A DNA stretch of 64,000 nt, from NCBI RefSeq assembly GCF_027531815.1, contig NZ_JAPZSK010000011.1, forward strand, positions 4,223 through 68,222, read 5' to 3'. The notes under the pieces were generated by a model that saw only the letters and a list, made by a program, of their open reading frames with translations, ran no database searches and was not told where the DNA came from. Of the stretch, positions 19,198 to 27,397 are shown piece after piece (positions within the stretch are counted from its first letter, which is position 1; the number at the start of each line of letters is the position of its first letter). The stretch is from Gemmatimonas sp. (GTDB lineage Bacteria; Gemmatimonadota; Gemmatimonadetes; Gemmatimonadales; Gemmatimonadaceae). The position numbers were made by a program, and so were the translations under genes.

Positions 19198-19644
19198 TCA
19201 GCGCGAAGGGGCCGTTTCCGGCGCGAAGGTGACGACGATCGGGCGGCCGGACGCGGCCGACTCCCGGGCGATTTGCGACAGCGCCGTGTTGAACGCCTCC
19301 GTGTCGAGCGTTGCGGCCAATACGCGCGTGGCGGCGCCGGCGTCGGCGCGTCCACCGTTGGCGCAGGTGATCGACACTTCATGGGGCGTGAAGAGCCCCA
19401 GGGTGAGCATGCCGACCACCCCGTTGGCAAACGTCTGTCGGGTGCTGGCGACGGCGATGCCGCTTGGGCACTGCTGACGCACGTCGATTGGGGAGCCCGC
19501 GACCAAGCCGAAGAGGTAGGATGGGTGGAACGACTTGGTCACGGTCGTCGTCGAGCGCGGGAGCCCGGTATCGACGACCTGATGGAAACACCCGGTGAGG
19601 AGTGTTACTGCGCCGGCGGCGGCGGCAACGCGGAGGATTCGCAT
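19198..19644 (-). CDS. Bor/Iss family lipoprotein with C-terminal extension
   Basis: Start at ATG 19644. Lipobox LLTGC, YLFGL, CPSG...TFANGVVGMLTLGLFTP..VSITC. Confidence 0.75.
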   Translation of the reverse strand: MRILRVAAAAGAVTLLTGCFHQVVDTGLPRSTTTVTKSFHPSYLFGLVAGSPIDVRQQCPSGIAVASTRQTFANGVVGMLTLGLFTPHEVSITCANGGRADAGAATRVLAATLDTEAFNTALSQIARESAASGRPIVVTFAPETAPSR

Positions 19645-19781
19645 GCGGGGGCATTCCGTGGCAAGGGTGGTGAGCGAGTCATCCCGACTGAAACGGCGGT
19701 GCCCGGTACGCGTATCCGGCCACCGCCTCCAACCTTGCGCGGAATCCACCGATGTAGCAACCCCTGCCCGACGCCCCTCCG

Positions 19782-20966
19782 TCAGCGAAGCGGCAGGATA
19801 TCGATCCCCCCCGCCTGCTGCCCCACCTCCACCCGTGCCACCGTCTTGAGCGCCACGAGGTCGATGATCTCCACCGTCCCCGGCTCCGACCCCACCCCTT
19901 CTACCGTGACGAAGGCGTAGCGGTCGTCGGGGGTGATCACCACGCCGTGCACCACGCGCCGCTGCGTGGGCAGCGTGGCGAGCGTGGCGCCGGTCTTCGT
20001 GTCGATGATGCCCACGCTCTGCCCGCGCTTGTTGGTGGCCACGAGCTTCGTGCCGTCGCGGGTGGCGGCGAGATTGTACACGCCGTTCCCCGCAGGAATG
20101 CGGCGGCGCATCGTCCACGACGCCACGTCGATCTCCACGAGATCGCTCGTACCGTTGCACGCCACCCACACGGTGCGATCGTCGGCACTGGGCTGGGCCC
20201 AGGTCGGGGAGCAGGTGGTGCTCCCCGCCGCCGGCTGCGCGAGCCCGTGGCCGCTCATGTCGTGACCGGCGTGTGCCGCGTCGGCCGCCCCACGTACCGG
20301 CGGCGCGCCGTCCATGCCGCGCTCCATCCCCTTGGTGAGCAGGAAGTGCCGCGACACCTGCAGTCCGTCGAGATCGATCTCCACGAGCTGCTCGTCCATC
20401 ATGCACACACTGTAGTGCCGCGTACCACGGCTGTTCACGCGCGAGCCATGCGGCATGGCGCAGGTGGTGATGCGGGCAATCTCCTGCAGGCTGTCCGTGC
20501 GCACCACGCTCACGTCGCTCGCCACCATGTCGCCGTGCAGGTTGAAGTTCACCACCACGACCCGGCGGCCGTCGGGGGTCACCTGCGCCGTGGCGGGGAA
20601 GTTGCCCAGCATGACCTGGCCGGCGTACGCGTTGGTGCGCGCGTCGAACTTCCAGAGCACGCCATACGGCGTGCCGTGCGCCGTGCTCACGTAGTAGTGC
20701 GCCCCGTCAGGGGCCACGGCCAGTCCGTGCGGGCCGTCGGGATCGGCGAGCATCACCCCCACGTCATGCTGCCGTACGACCTTCGCCCCCTGCGGGCCGA
20801 ATTCGATGACGGCCACGCGGTCCACGCTCTCGCTCGCCACCAGCGCCGTGTACGTGCGCGACGGTGCGGGTGGGGCGAGCGGCGCCGCACCCTGCGCGGC
20901 GGCGCCGGACGCCGCCGTCAGGGAGGCGAGAAACGCGGCAACGAGGTGAGCGACGCGCGGCTTCAT
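19782..20966 (-). CDS. YncE/YVTN-type beta-propeller protein, secreted
   Basis: Signal peptide; repeated PHGLAV/PHG/VHGVVITPDDRYAFV blades; ends GQQAGGIDI. Confidence 0.8.
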   Translation of the reverse strand: MKPRVAHLVAAFLASLTAASGAAAQGAAPLAPPAPSRTYTALVASESVDRVAVIEFGPQGAKVVRQHDVGVMLADPDGPHGLAVAPDGAHYYVSTAHGTPYGVLWKFDARTNAYAGQVMLGNFPATAQVTPDGRRVVVVNFNLHGDMVASDVSVVRTDSLQEIARITTCAMPHGSRVNSRGTRHYSVCMMDEQLVEIDLDGLQVSRHFLLTKGMERGMDGAPPVRGAADAAHAGHDMSGHGLAQPAAGSTTCSPTWAQPSADDRTVWVACNGTSDLVEIDVASWTMRRRIPAGNGVYNLAATRDGTKLVATNKRGQSVGIIDTKTGATLATLPTQRRVVHGVVITPDDRYAFVTVEGVGSEPGTVEIIDLVALKTVARVEVGQQAGGIDILPLR

Positions 20967-22960
20967 GGCACGATGACGGTCTTCTTGGGTTCAGGCTTGG
21001 GGTCCATGCGCACGATCCAGAGTCCGTTGTACATGTCATTCACGTACGCGAGACCGTTGCGCACCACCACGCCCCAGGTCATGGCGGCGTTCTTCACGTA
21101 GCCATCCATGTCGGCGGTGTGCACGTGCACCATTTCGCGCTGCTGCGCGCGCAGGTCGCCGCGCAATTCACCGCTGATGTCGAAGGTGCGGAAGCCCGCG
21201 TTGTACGCGCCCATGTACAGCGTATCACCGGCCACCCACACGTTGTGCACGCCACCGAACTCGGGCTCGTAGAAGGCCACGCTCTTCGGCTTGGCGATGT
21301 TGCTCACGTCGATCACCTGCAGGCGGCCATACGCGCGTCCGGCGCTCGCATCCTTGGCACCCTTCACCGGCGCGGCGGGGAACACTTCGTCGGCAATGAA
21401 CACGTAGTTCTTGTGACGCCAGGCGGTGTGCGTGCCGCGAATGAAGCCCGGGCCACCCGACGCCTCCACCTGCCGGTACATGTCGTTGAGATCGTACTTG
21501 TACTGGCTCACCAGCTGCGGGTTACTGGGGCTGCCCCCCTTGATGCCGTTGCCGATGTCGAGGATGACGAGCCCGTCGTTCCAATAGCTCAGGTACGCCA
21601 GGCCATCCTGCACGTCGATGTCATGCAGCGAGCGGCCGGCGTCGGGACGCGGCGTCTTCCACACGGCGGCCGTCTTCGGCTGGCACGGGTCGTTCCAGTC
21701 GATGATGTGAATGGCCCCGGTGCCGTCGTTGGTGAGATAGATGTGCGTGCCGTACTTCTCCTGCCGGTACACGAAGGTGCTGTGCACGCCACCGGTGAGC
21801 CCCTCGGTGTAGTCGGCGCACTTCTTCGGATGCAGCGGATCGTCGAGCGCGGCAATGACGATCCCGTTCTTGCGGTCACTCGCGCCCTCGCGGGTGAACA
21901 CGAGATGCGTGCCGGCCGGGTTCGTCATGATGTCGTTGACGCGCCGCGTGTTCTCCACGATGGAGTCGGTCACCACCGGCTTGCTCTTGTCGGTGATGTC
22001 GATGGTGAACATGCGGTCGCCCCCCGAGCCGGTGCCGAGGTACGCGATTTCGCGCGTGGGGTGCAGCCACACCTCTTCCGTGGTGAACCCGGTGCGCGGC
22101 AACCTCCCCACCACCGTGGCCGGTCGGCGCACGTCGCGCGGCGTGAGCCGTACCACCGCCTGGGCACTCTGCGTGCCGAGCGTGGCTGTCACGACGTACG
22201 TGCCCCCTTCATAGCCGGTGAACGCTCCGTCGGCGTCAATCACCCCCTGCCCGGGTTTGAAGCTCCAGCTGGGGGTCAGTCCGGCCAGTGAACGGCCGGC
22301 GGCATCGCGCGCGGTCACCGCAAAGCGGATCACGTCGCCGGTGCGCGCCTCCTTCGCACTGGGGGTGATGGCGAGTGAGCCGATGCGCCCCGCCACCACC
22401 TGCACCGCGTGCGTGGCCGTGGCACGATCGACGCGCGCCGTGAGCACGGCGCGTCCCACGCCCTTCGCCTCCACGAGGCCGTCGGCGTTGACGGCGACCA
22501 CCGCGGGGTTGCTGCTGCTCCACTGCACCCGGTCGTCGCGCCGGTCGCCAGCGGCGCTGCGCACCGTGGGCACCAGCACGAGACGCTGTCCACCCACCAG
22601 ACGCGTCGGGGCGTCGTCGAGCGTGATCGTGGCGGCCGGTCCGGGCACCATGCGCACTTCGATGCGCTGCGTGATGGTGGGCTGCCCCACGATCTGCGCC
22701 ACGACGGTCACCGGCATGGTACCGGTGGAGCCGGAACGCACCAACCCGTCGGCATCGATCGCGCCTTCGAAGCGGCCGCCCGCTGCAATGAAGCGAATCG
22801 TGGACCCCGGCACGGGCTGGCCATTGGCATCCAGCACCCGGGCGCGCAAGCGCAGCGTGTCCTCGGCAATGACCACTGGGTTGGCCGGGGTGATTTCAAG
22901 CTTGGCCGCCGACGGCGGCTGCACGGCGGCGATCGAGGCGGAGACGAGGGCGATCAGCAT
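20963..22960 (-). CDS. Secreted protein with three Ig-like (Big_2-like) domains and an LVIVD-repeat beta-propeller
   Basis: VQWSSSNPAVVAVNADGLV Ig motif; LVILDIGN, LQVIDVSN, FRTFDISG repeats; AYLSYWNDG; stop overlaps the next ATG. Confidence 0.75.
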   Translation of the reverse strand: MLIALVSASIAAVQPPSAAKLEITPANPVVIAEDTLRLRARVLDANGQPVPGSTIRFIAAGGRFEGAIDADGLVRSGSTGTMPVTVVAQIVGQPTITQRIEVRMVPGPAATITLDDAPTRLVGGQRLVLVPTVRSAAGDRRDDRVQWSSSNPAVVAVNADGLVEAKGVGRAVLTARVDRATATHAVQVVAGRIGSLAITPSAKEARTGDVIRFAVTARDAAGRSLAGLTPSWSFKPGQGVIDADGAFTGYEGGTYVVTATLGTQSAQAVVRLTPRDVRRPATVVGRLPRTGFTTEEVWLHPTREIAYLGTGSGGDRMFTIDITDKSKPVVTDSIVENTRRVNDIMTNPAGTHLVFTREGASDRKNGIVIAALDDPLHPKKCADYTEGLTGGVHSTFVYRQEKYGTHIYLTNDGTGAIHIIDWNDPCQPKTAAVWKTPRPDAGRSLHDIDVQDGLAYLSYWNDGLVILDIGNGIKGGSPSNPQLVSQYKYDLNDMYRQVEASGGPGFIRGTHTAWRHKNYVFIADEVFPAAPVKGAKDASAGRAYGRLQVIDVSNIAKPKSVAFYEPEFGGVHNVWVAGDTLYMGAYNAGFRTFDISGELRGDLRAQQREMVHVHTADMDGYVKNAAMTWGVVVRNGLAYVNDMYNGLWIVRMDPKPEPKKTVIVP

Positions 22961-23010
22961 GGACGACAGGGCCGGAGTTGGTGATGGGGAAAAGGCGACA
23001 GCCGAGGCAG

Positions 23011-23616
23011 CTATACCTGCTCGAGCGCCGACGCCGCGGCTTCGAGTTCATCGACGATCGGCGCGTTGAACCCGACCTCGCGCAGCCGGTTGGCCACGCG
23101 GCGGTACCATCGCACCGTGCCTTCGCGACCCACGGAGAAGCGTCCCCAGACCGTTTCGGGGAAGGCGGTGCGCCGCAGATCGGAGAGAATACTGTTGGCG
23201 TTGTGTACCTTGTCGGCCGCGCACACCCACAGGGCGTCCTCGTTCGCCAGTGACAGGCGGGCGAGGTAATCCTCCTTCTTGTCTTCCGACGACAGCTCGA
23301 TGCCGTCGTCGTCCACCTTGCGGTGGGTCACCATGAGCACGGTGGCGAGGACACTGTGGCCGAACTTGTGGCCGATGCGCTCCTCGAGCATCTCGCGCGT
23401 CATGCTGTCGCGCACGCAGTCCTCCACCACGTCGTGCAGGATCCCCGCCACCACCGTGTCCTCGCTGCAGCCGTACCGGGTGAGAATCACCGCCACATTG
23501 GCCGGGTGCGTGAGGTAGGGCAGGCGAGTGCCCTTGCGCACCTGCTGGTCATGATGCTTCGCCGCGAAGGCGAAAGCATGGTTGATCCGATCGGAGTATC
23601 CAGTCATACCAGGCAT
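23011..23616 (-). CDS. HD-domain protein, small alarmone hydrolase (SpoT-HD/Mesh1-like)
   Basis: AFAFAAKHHDQQVRKG..PYLTHP, AGILHDVVED, ADKVHN. Confidence 0.85.
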   Translation of the reverse strand: MPGMTGYSDRINHAFAFAAKHHDQQVRKGTRLPYLTHPANVAVILTRYGCSEDTVVAGILHDVVEDCVRDSMTREMLEERIGHKFGHSVLATVLMVTHRKVDDDGIELSSEDKKEDYLARLSLANEDALWVCAADKVHNANSILSDLRRTAFPETVWGRFSVGREGTVRWYRRVANRLREVGFNAPIVDELEAAASALEQV

Positions 23617-23658
23617 GAACGGCGGGGCGACGGGCGATGGCCGATCTGACGGGGAGCG

Positions 23659-24168
23659 TCAGGCAGGGACGGGAACATACGTCGTACGGGTGAACCAAGC
23701 CACCAACCGTTCGAGGCCGGCCACGTCGTCATCGCCGAAGGCGTCGAGAACCGGCGAGTCGATGTCGAGCACGGCCAGGAGGGCACCCGTGGCGTCGTAC
23801 ACCGGCACCACGATTTCGCTCTGCGAGCGGGCGTCGCAGGCAATGTGCCCCGGAAACGCATGCACATCAGGCACCACCACGGTGCGCCGTTCCGCCGCCG
23901 CCGTGCCGCAGACGCCGCGACCGAACGCGATGTCCTGACAGCCGAGGGATCCCTGATACGGCCCTACCCGCAGCAACCGGTCCCGCTCCACGACCCGGTA
24001 GAACCCGGTCCACAGATGGCCGAAGGCGTGGTGCAGCATGGCGCTCAGTGTCGCCATGCCGGCAATGGCATCGGTGCTGTCGTGCAGGAGCAGCTCCTGC
24101 ATCTCCAGCAGGCGGGCGTACGCGTCGGCGCGAGGAGTGGCGCGCAGGTCGGGGATGACAGGTTCCAT
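23659..24168 (-). CDS. msrC: GAF-domain free methionine-(R)-sulfoxide reductase-like protein
   Basis: WTGFY, GPYQG..GC..I..GRGVCG, DVHAFPGHIACD..SQSEIVVPV, LDIDS. Start moved to 24168. Confidence 0.85.
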   Translation of the reverse strand: MEPVIPDLRATPRADAYARLLEMQELLLHDSTDAIAGMATLSAMLHHAFGHLWTGFYRVVERDRLLRVGPYQGSLGCQDIAFGRGVCGTAAAERRTVVVPDVHAFPGHIACDARSQSEIVVPVYDATGALLAVLDIDSPVLDAFGDDDVAGLERLVAWFTRTTYVPVPA

Positions 24169-24249
24169 GGGGACGTGGAAAACGAGACGAGACGTCGGTG
24201 ACGGGAACAGCGGCAACAGGCCGCACCAGCGCCGGCGTCAGCGCCGGCG

Positions 24250-24684
24250 TCAGCGCAATGGGCCAATGAGCACGATGAGGCGGTAGTCGAGCACGGCGAG
24301 CGCGAGTCCCTGCAGCACCACGCCGATGCCGGCCCCCACGGCGCCGAGCCGTCGCTCCCACCGCCAGCCGACGATGACCAGCGTGAGCCCCACAGCGGCG
24401 TAGCCGATATCGAGGCCGGTGTTGAGCCACAGGATGTTGAGCAGCTTCTGCGTGCCGGCGAAGTCGCGCATGGCCAGACCACGCCACGCCCAGAGGGCAA
24501 TGAGGGCGTTGACAGCCCCCCAGGCCAGCGTCTGAATGGCGAAGTGCCGGACCAGCGGTGCCGTCATGCGTCGCACGGCCAGCAGCGCCAGCAGTGCGGT
24601 GCCACCGAGCATGCTGAGCGCGGCCCACACGCCCAGGCGGAGGAGATGTCCCTGCTCGAGCGTCAACAGCGTATCTGCCCACAT
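24250..24684 (-). CDS. Four-TM hypothetical membrane protein
   Basis: Start at ATG 24684; four hydrophobic segments; LWLNTGLDIGY motif. Confidence 0.65.
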   Translation of the reverse strand: MWADTLLTLEQGHLLRLGVWAALSMLGGTALLALLAVRRMTAPLVRHFAIQTLAWGAVNALIALWAWRGLAMRDFAGTQKLLNILWLNTGLDIGYAAVGLTLVIVGWRWERRLGAVGAGIGVVLQGLALAVLDYRLIVLIGPLR

Positions 24685-24694
24685 GCAGCGGAGA

Positions 24695-26461
24695 CTAGCC
24701 GGAGGCGCGCGAACCGGCCAGCGGGACATCGGTTGCCCAGAGCACGACGGCGCGAATACGGCACCCCTGCTCCTCGGCCGCCCTGACGGTGCGGGCCACC
24801 CAGGCCAGCGGCGTTTCCCCGAGCCGCGCGCACAGCACCAGGTCGCAGGGAGTGGGGACAGCCGGCGCACGGGACAGGTCGCTCACGTACACCGTGAAGT
24901 CGAAGTGGCGGAGCAGCGGGTCGAGCAGCGAGGGGGGGTCGGCAGTGTCGGGGCGCCCGCGTCCCCCTGCGCGCACACTGGCGCTGGCGTCGTAGCGCGC
25001 CCGACGCGGCAGCACCAGCGTCACGCTCGCGTCACGCCCCAGCGGCAGGGCCCGCGACGCGTCCCAGGCTGTTTCCCAGGTCGGGTCCGCACCGGACGCC
25101 CCTGCGGGACCGCCGCCATGGGTCGACCGCTCGCCCTCGCTGCGCACCAGGGCGCTGGTGGGGAGCAGCGGCACCAGCGCGCCGGCGCGTTGCGCGGCGT
25201 CCACCAGCACCGTGGCACGCGACTCACGCGCCGCCACCGACGCCAGGTTGAGCCCGACGGCCCCTGCCACCACCGGACGGTCGGCAAGCACCTGCACCTC
25301 GCGCGCCATATCGCCCAGGTTCGAGAGGATGAGATGGAGCAGCGGCCACGTCTCAGCGGCCGGCGTGAGCACCGGCACGTGCGATTCCGGCGGCCGCGTG
25401 CGGCGCGCGAAGCGAGGGAGCAATCGAGCGCCCATGCGCCACGCGCTCCCCAACTCCCCGGGTACGGCATCGTCGCCCAGGTGCACGATCACCCGCGAGC
25501 GGGTGAGCAACTCCAACTCCTGCGCGTCCCCCACGGTGGGGTGTCGCATCTCTCGCCACACGGCCACGGCAAAGCCCACACTGATTCCCAACACCAGCGA
25601 GGCGAGCAGCATCGCGACCGGCGGCACCGCCAGCTGCATACGCGCCCGCAGCGCCGCCTTCTGCGCATCGAGGGCGGTATTGAATCGCTGCGCCGCCGCC
25701 AGCAGCGAGTCGAGCGCCGTCACGGAGTCCGTGGCGGTGTGCACGGTCACGTCGAGCAGCGAATCGGGGCGCCCCGTGTCCAGGGCGGCGGTAGAGGCCT
25801 GCTCGGGCAGCTGGGCGTACGCGCGCAGCGAGCGGTCGGCGAGTGCCACCAGCTGGTCACCCACCTCGGTGAGCCGCATGGTGAGCGCGGCGTACCGGGC
25901 GTCGGGGCCGCGCAACGCGGCCGAGGCTTCGCGCTCACGGTACAGCATCTCGAGCGAATCGCGCAGCCGGCCGGCAGCGGCGCGGCGCACGGAATCGCGC
26001 TGCATGACGGGGGATGCGCTGAGGGCCCGGTAGCTCTCCATGAGCGGCGCCTGCCGTGCGCGCGCCAGTTGCGCCGCGAAGGCGCGCAGCGCCGTGTCGC
26101 GCACGAGGGCGGGCAGCATGGCTGCGCTGATAAGCGAGTCGGCGGTGCCGGGGCTCCCGGGCAACGAGTCGGCCACGGCACGGCGGGCGGCGGTGCGCTG
26201 CGCCTCGGCCCGGGCCCGCGCGGCGTCGAGACGCATCCGCTGCGCGCGCAGCCGCACCGTGTCACGCGCCGGCGGCAGCGCGGCCATGGCGGTGGACAGC
26301 GCGCGGTCGGCCTGGCGTGGCAGCAGCACGAAGGTCAGCAGCGCCGCGATCATCACGAGAGCGCCGGTGCCGGCAATGACGAGGCCATGGCGCGCCGCGT
26401 TCCGTGTGCGTGCGGCAAGCCAACGGGCGCGGGAGGAAGTCATGGTTCGGTAAACGAACAC
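24695..26461 (-). CDS. Membrane protein with degenerate Wzc/CpsD-like (polysaccharide co-polymerase / BY-kinase) architecture
   Basis: TM, long helical region, second TM, then C-terminal alpha/beta domain with LNLASVAA..R.TVLVDA, FDFTVYV, DLVLCARLGET...AVVLW. Walker A is not intact. Confidence 0.55.
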   Translation of the reverse strand: MFVYRTMTSSRARWLAARTRNAARHGLVIAGTGALVMIAALLTFVLLPRQADRALSTAMAALPPARDTVRLRAQRMRLDAARARAEAQRTAARRAVADSLPGSPGTADSLISAAMLPALVRDTALRAFAAQLARARQAPLMESYRALSASPVMQRDSVRRAAAGRLRDSLEMLYREREASAALRGPDARYAALTMRLTEVGDQLVALADRSLRAYAQLPEQASTAALDTGRPDSLLDVTVHTATDSVTALDSLLAAAQRFNTALDAQKAALRARMQLAVPPVAMLLASLVLGISVGFAVAVWREMRHPTVGDAQELELLTRSRVIVHLGDDAVPGELGSAWRMGARLLPRFARRTRPPESHVPVLTPAAETWPLLHLILSNLGDMAREVQVLADRPVVAGAVGLNLASVAARESRATVLVDAAQRAGALVPLLPTSALVRSEGERSTHGGGPAGASGADPTWETAWDASRALPLGRDASVTLVLPRRARYDASASVRAGGRGRPDTADPPSLLDPLLRHFDFTVYVSDLSRAPAVPTPCDLVLCARLGETPLAWVARTVRAAEEQGCRIRAVVLWATDVPLAGSRASG

Positions 26462-26522
26462 GGGGGCCGGCGCATCGCGCCAGCCCCCGTGGTCCCGCCC
26501 ATCACATCGAGTGAGCCGAAGC

Positions 26523-27023
26523 TTACTTGATGGTGATCTTGCCCTTCATGTTCATCGCGAGGTGCGGCGTGCAGTGGTAGTCGTACGTACCAGCCGGAAC
26601 GCCGGCGAACGAGACCGTGTACTCTTCGTTCGCGTTCAGGAGCATCTTGCCCGAGAGCTCACCAGCCTGCTCCGGCATGTTCGCCGTGAGGGCCGTCTTC
26701 GCTTCCGGCGACAGCGTGGCGGGATCGAACGCCACGTTGTGCGGGCCGCCCGAGACCATGACGAACTTGATGCCGTCGCCCGCGGCGATCGTGATTTCGG
26801 CCGGCTCGAAGCGGTAGCCCTGACCGTCACCCACCATGTTCACCGTGTGCGTCGTGCCCGTGATCGGGGCCATCGCGCCAGCCGCCGGAGCCGCCGGAGC
26901 CGCTGCCGCCGCCGTGTCGGCCGCCGGAGCCGCCGCCGAATCCGTCGCCGCCTTGTCACCACCGCCGCACGCGCCGAGCAGGATCGCCGCGCCCGTCACC
27001 ACCGCAAAGCCGAGAAACCGCAT
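26523..27023 (-). CDS. Plastocyanin/auracyanin-like blue copper lipoprotein
   Basis: Lipobox LLGAC, Ala/Pro linker, PHNVAF, YHCTPHLAMNM (type-1 Cu ligands H, C, H, M). Confidence 0.92.
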   Translation of the reverse strand: MRFLGFAVVTGAAILLGACGGGDKAATDSAAAPAADTAAAAAPAAPAAGAMAPITGTTHTVNMVGDGQGYRFEPAEITIAAGDGIKFVMVSGGPHNVAFDPATLSPEAKTALTANMPEQAGELSGKMLLNANEEYTVSFAGVPAGTYDYHCTPHLAMNMKGKITIK

Positions 27024-27108
27024 GTGTGTAGGCCTCCAGAGCCTATAATTCGGAAATTTCCTTTTTTCAGGCCGCCAGACGGCCTGCGCCTGCAGGGCCC
27101 TGCAGACC

Positions 27109-27126
27109 TTGTGAACTTATTCACAA
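27109..27126. promoter_or_regulatory. Perfect palindromic operator TTGTGAA-N4-TTCACAA (Rex consensus; also contains CRP TGTGA-N6-TCACA)
   Basis: ttgtgaacttattcacaa, about 86 bp upstream of the cupredoxin start. Confidence 0.75.
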
Positions 27127-27166
27127 AGGCGACCAGCGCCAAGGGGCAGGTCAGTGGCAACCAGAC

Positions 27167-27195
27167 TTGACGCCATCCCCCAAGACCGCTACCGT
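27167..27195 (+). promoter_or_regulatory. Sigma70-type promoter of the his operon
   Basis: TTGACG, 17-bp spacer, TACCGT, 9 nt before the leader ATG. Confidence 0.65.
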
Positions 27196-27204
27196 GCCGA
27201 GTCT

Positions 27205-27288
27205 ATGCAATCGCTCCGTACCACCCACCATCATGCGCACCACAGCCACGGCCCGACGGGTCGGGGCGCTTCGTGCGTAATGGGGTAA
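27205..27288 (+). CDS. hisL: His operon leader peptide, 27 aa (MQSLRTTHHHAHHSHGPTGRGASCVMG)
   Basis: Six His codons within eight codons directly upstream of a terminator and hisG. Confidence 0.88.
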   Translation: MQSLRTTHHHAHHSHGPTGRGASCVMG

Positions 27289-27319
27289 GCACTCCGCTCC
27301 CCAGCGTACAGCGACCTGC

Positions 27320-27348
27320 GGCCCGTCCCCTCCGGACGGGCCTTTTTT
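27320..27348 (+). terminator. Attenuator (Rho-independent terminator) of the his leader
   Basis: GGCCCGTCC-cctcc-GGACGGGCC-TTTTTT. Its 5' arm can alternatively pair with GACGGGTCG at 27255-27263. Confidence 0.88.
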
Positions 27349-27397
27349 GTTGCCCACCGGGACATCCCGTTCCGTTTTCCCATCAATAGAAGGCCCG

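Noticed and set aside
24536-26530. 664-aa plus-strand ORF
   Set aside because: Shadow of the minus-strand membrane protein; no domain-like signal.
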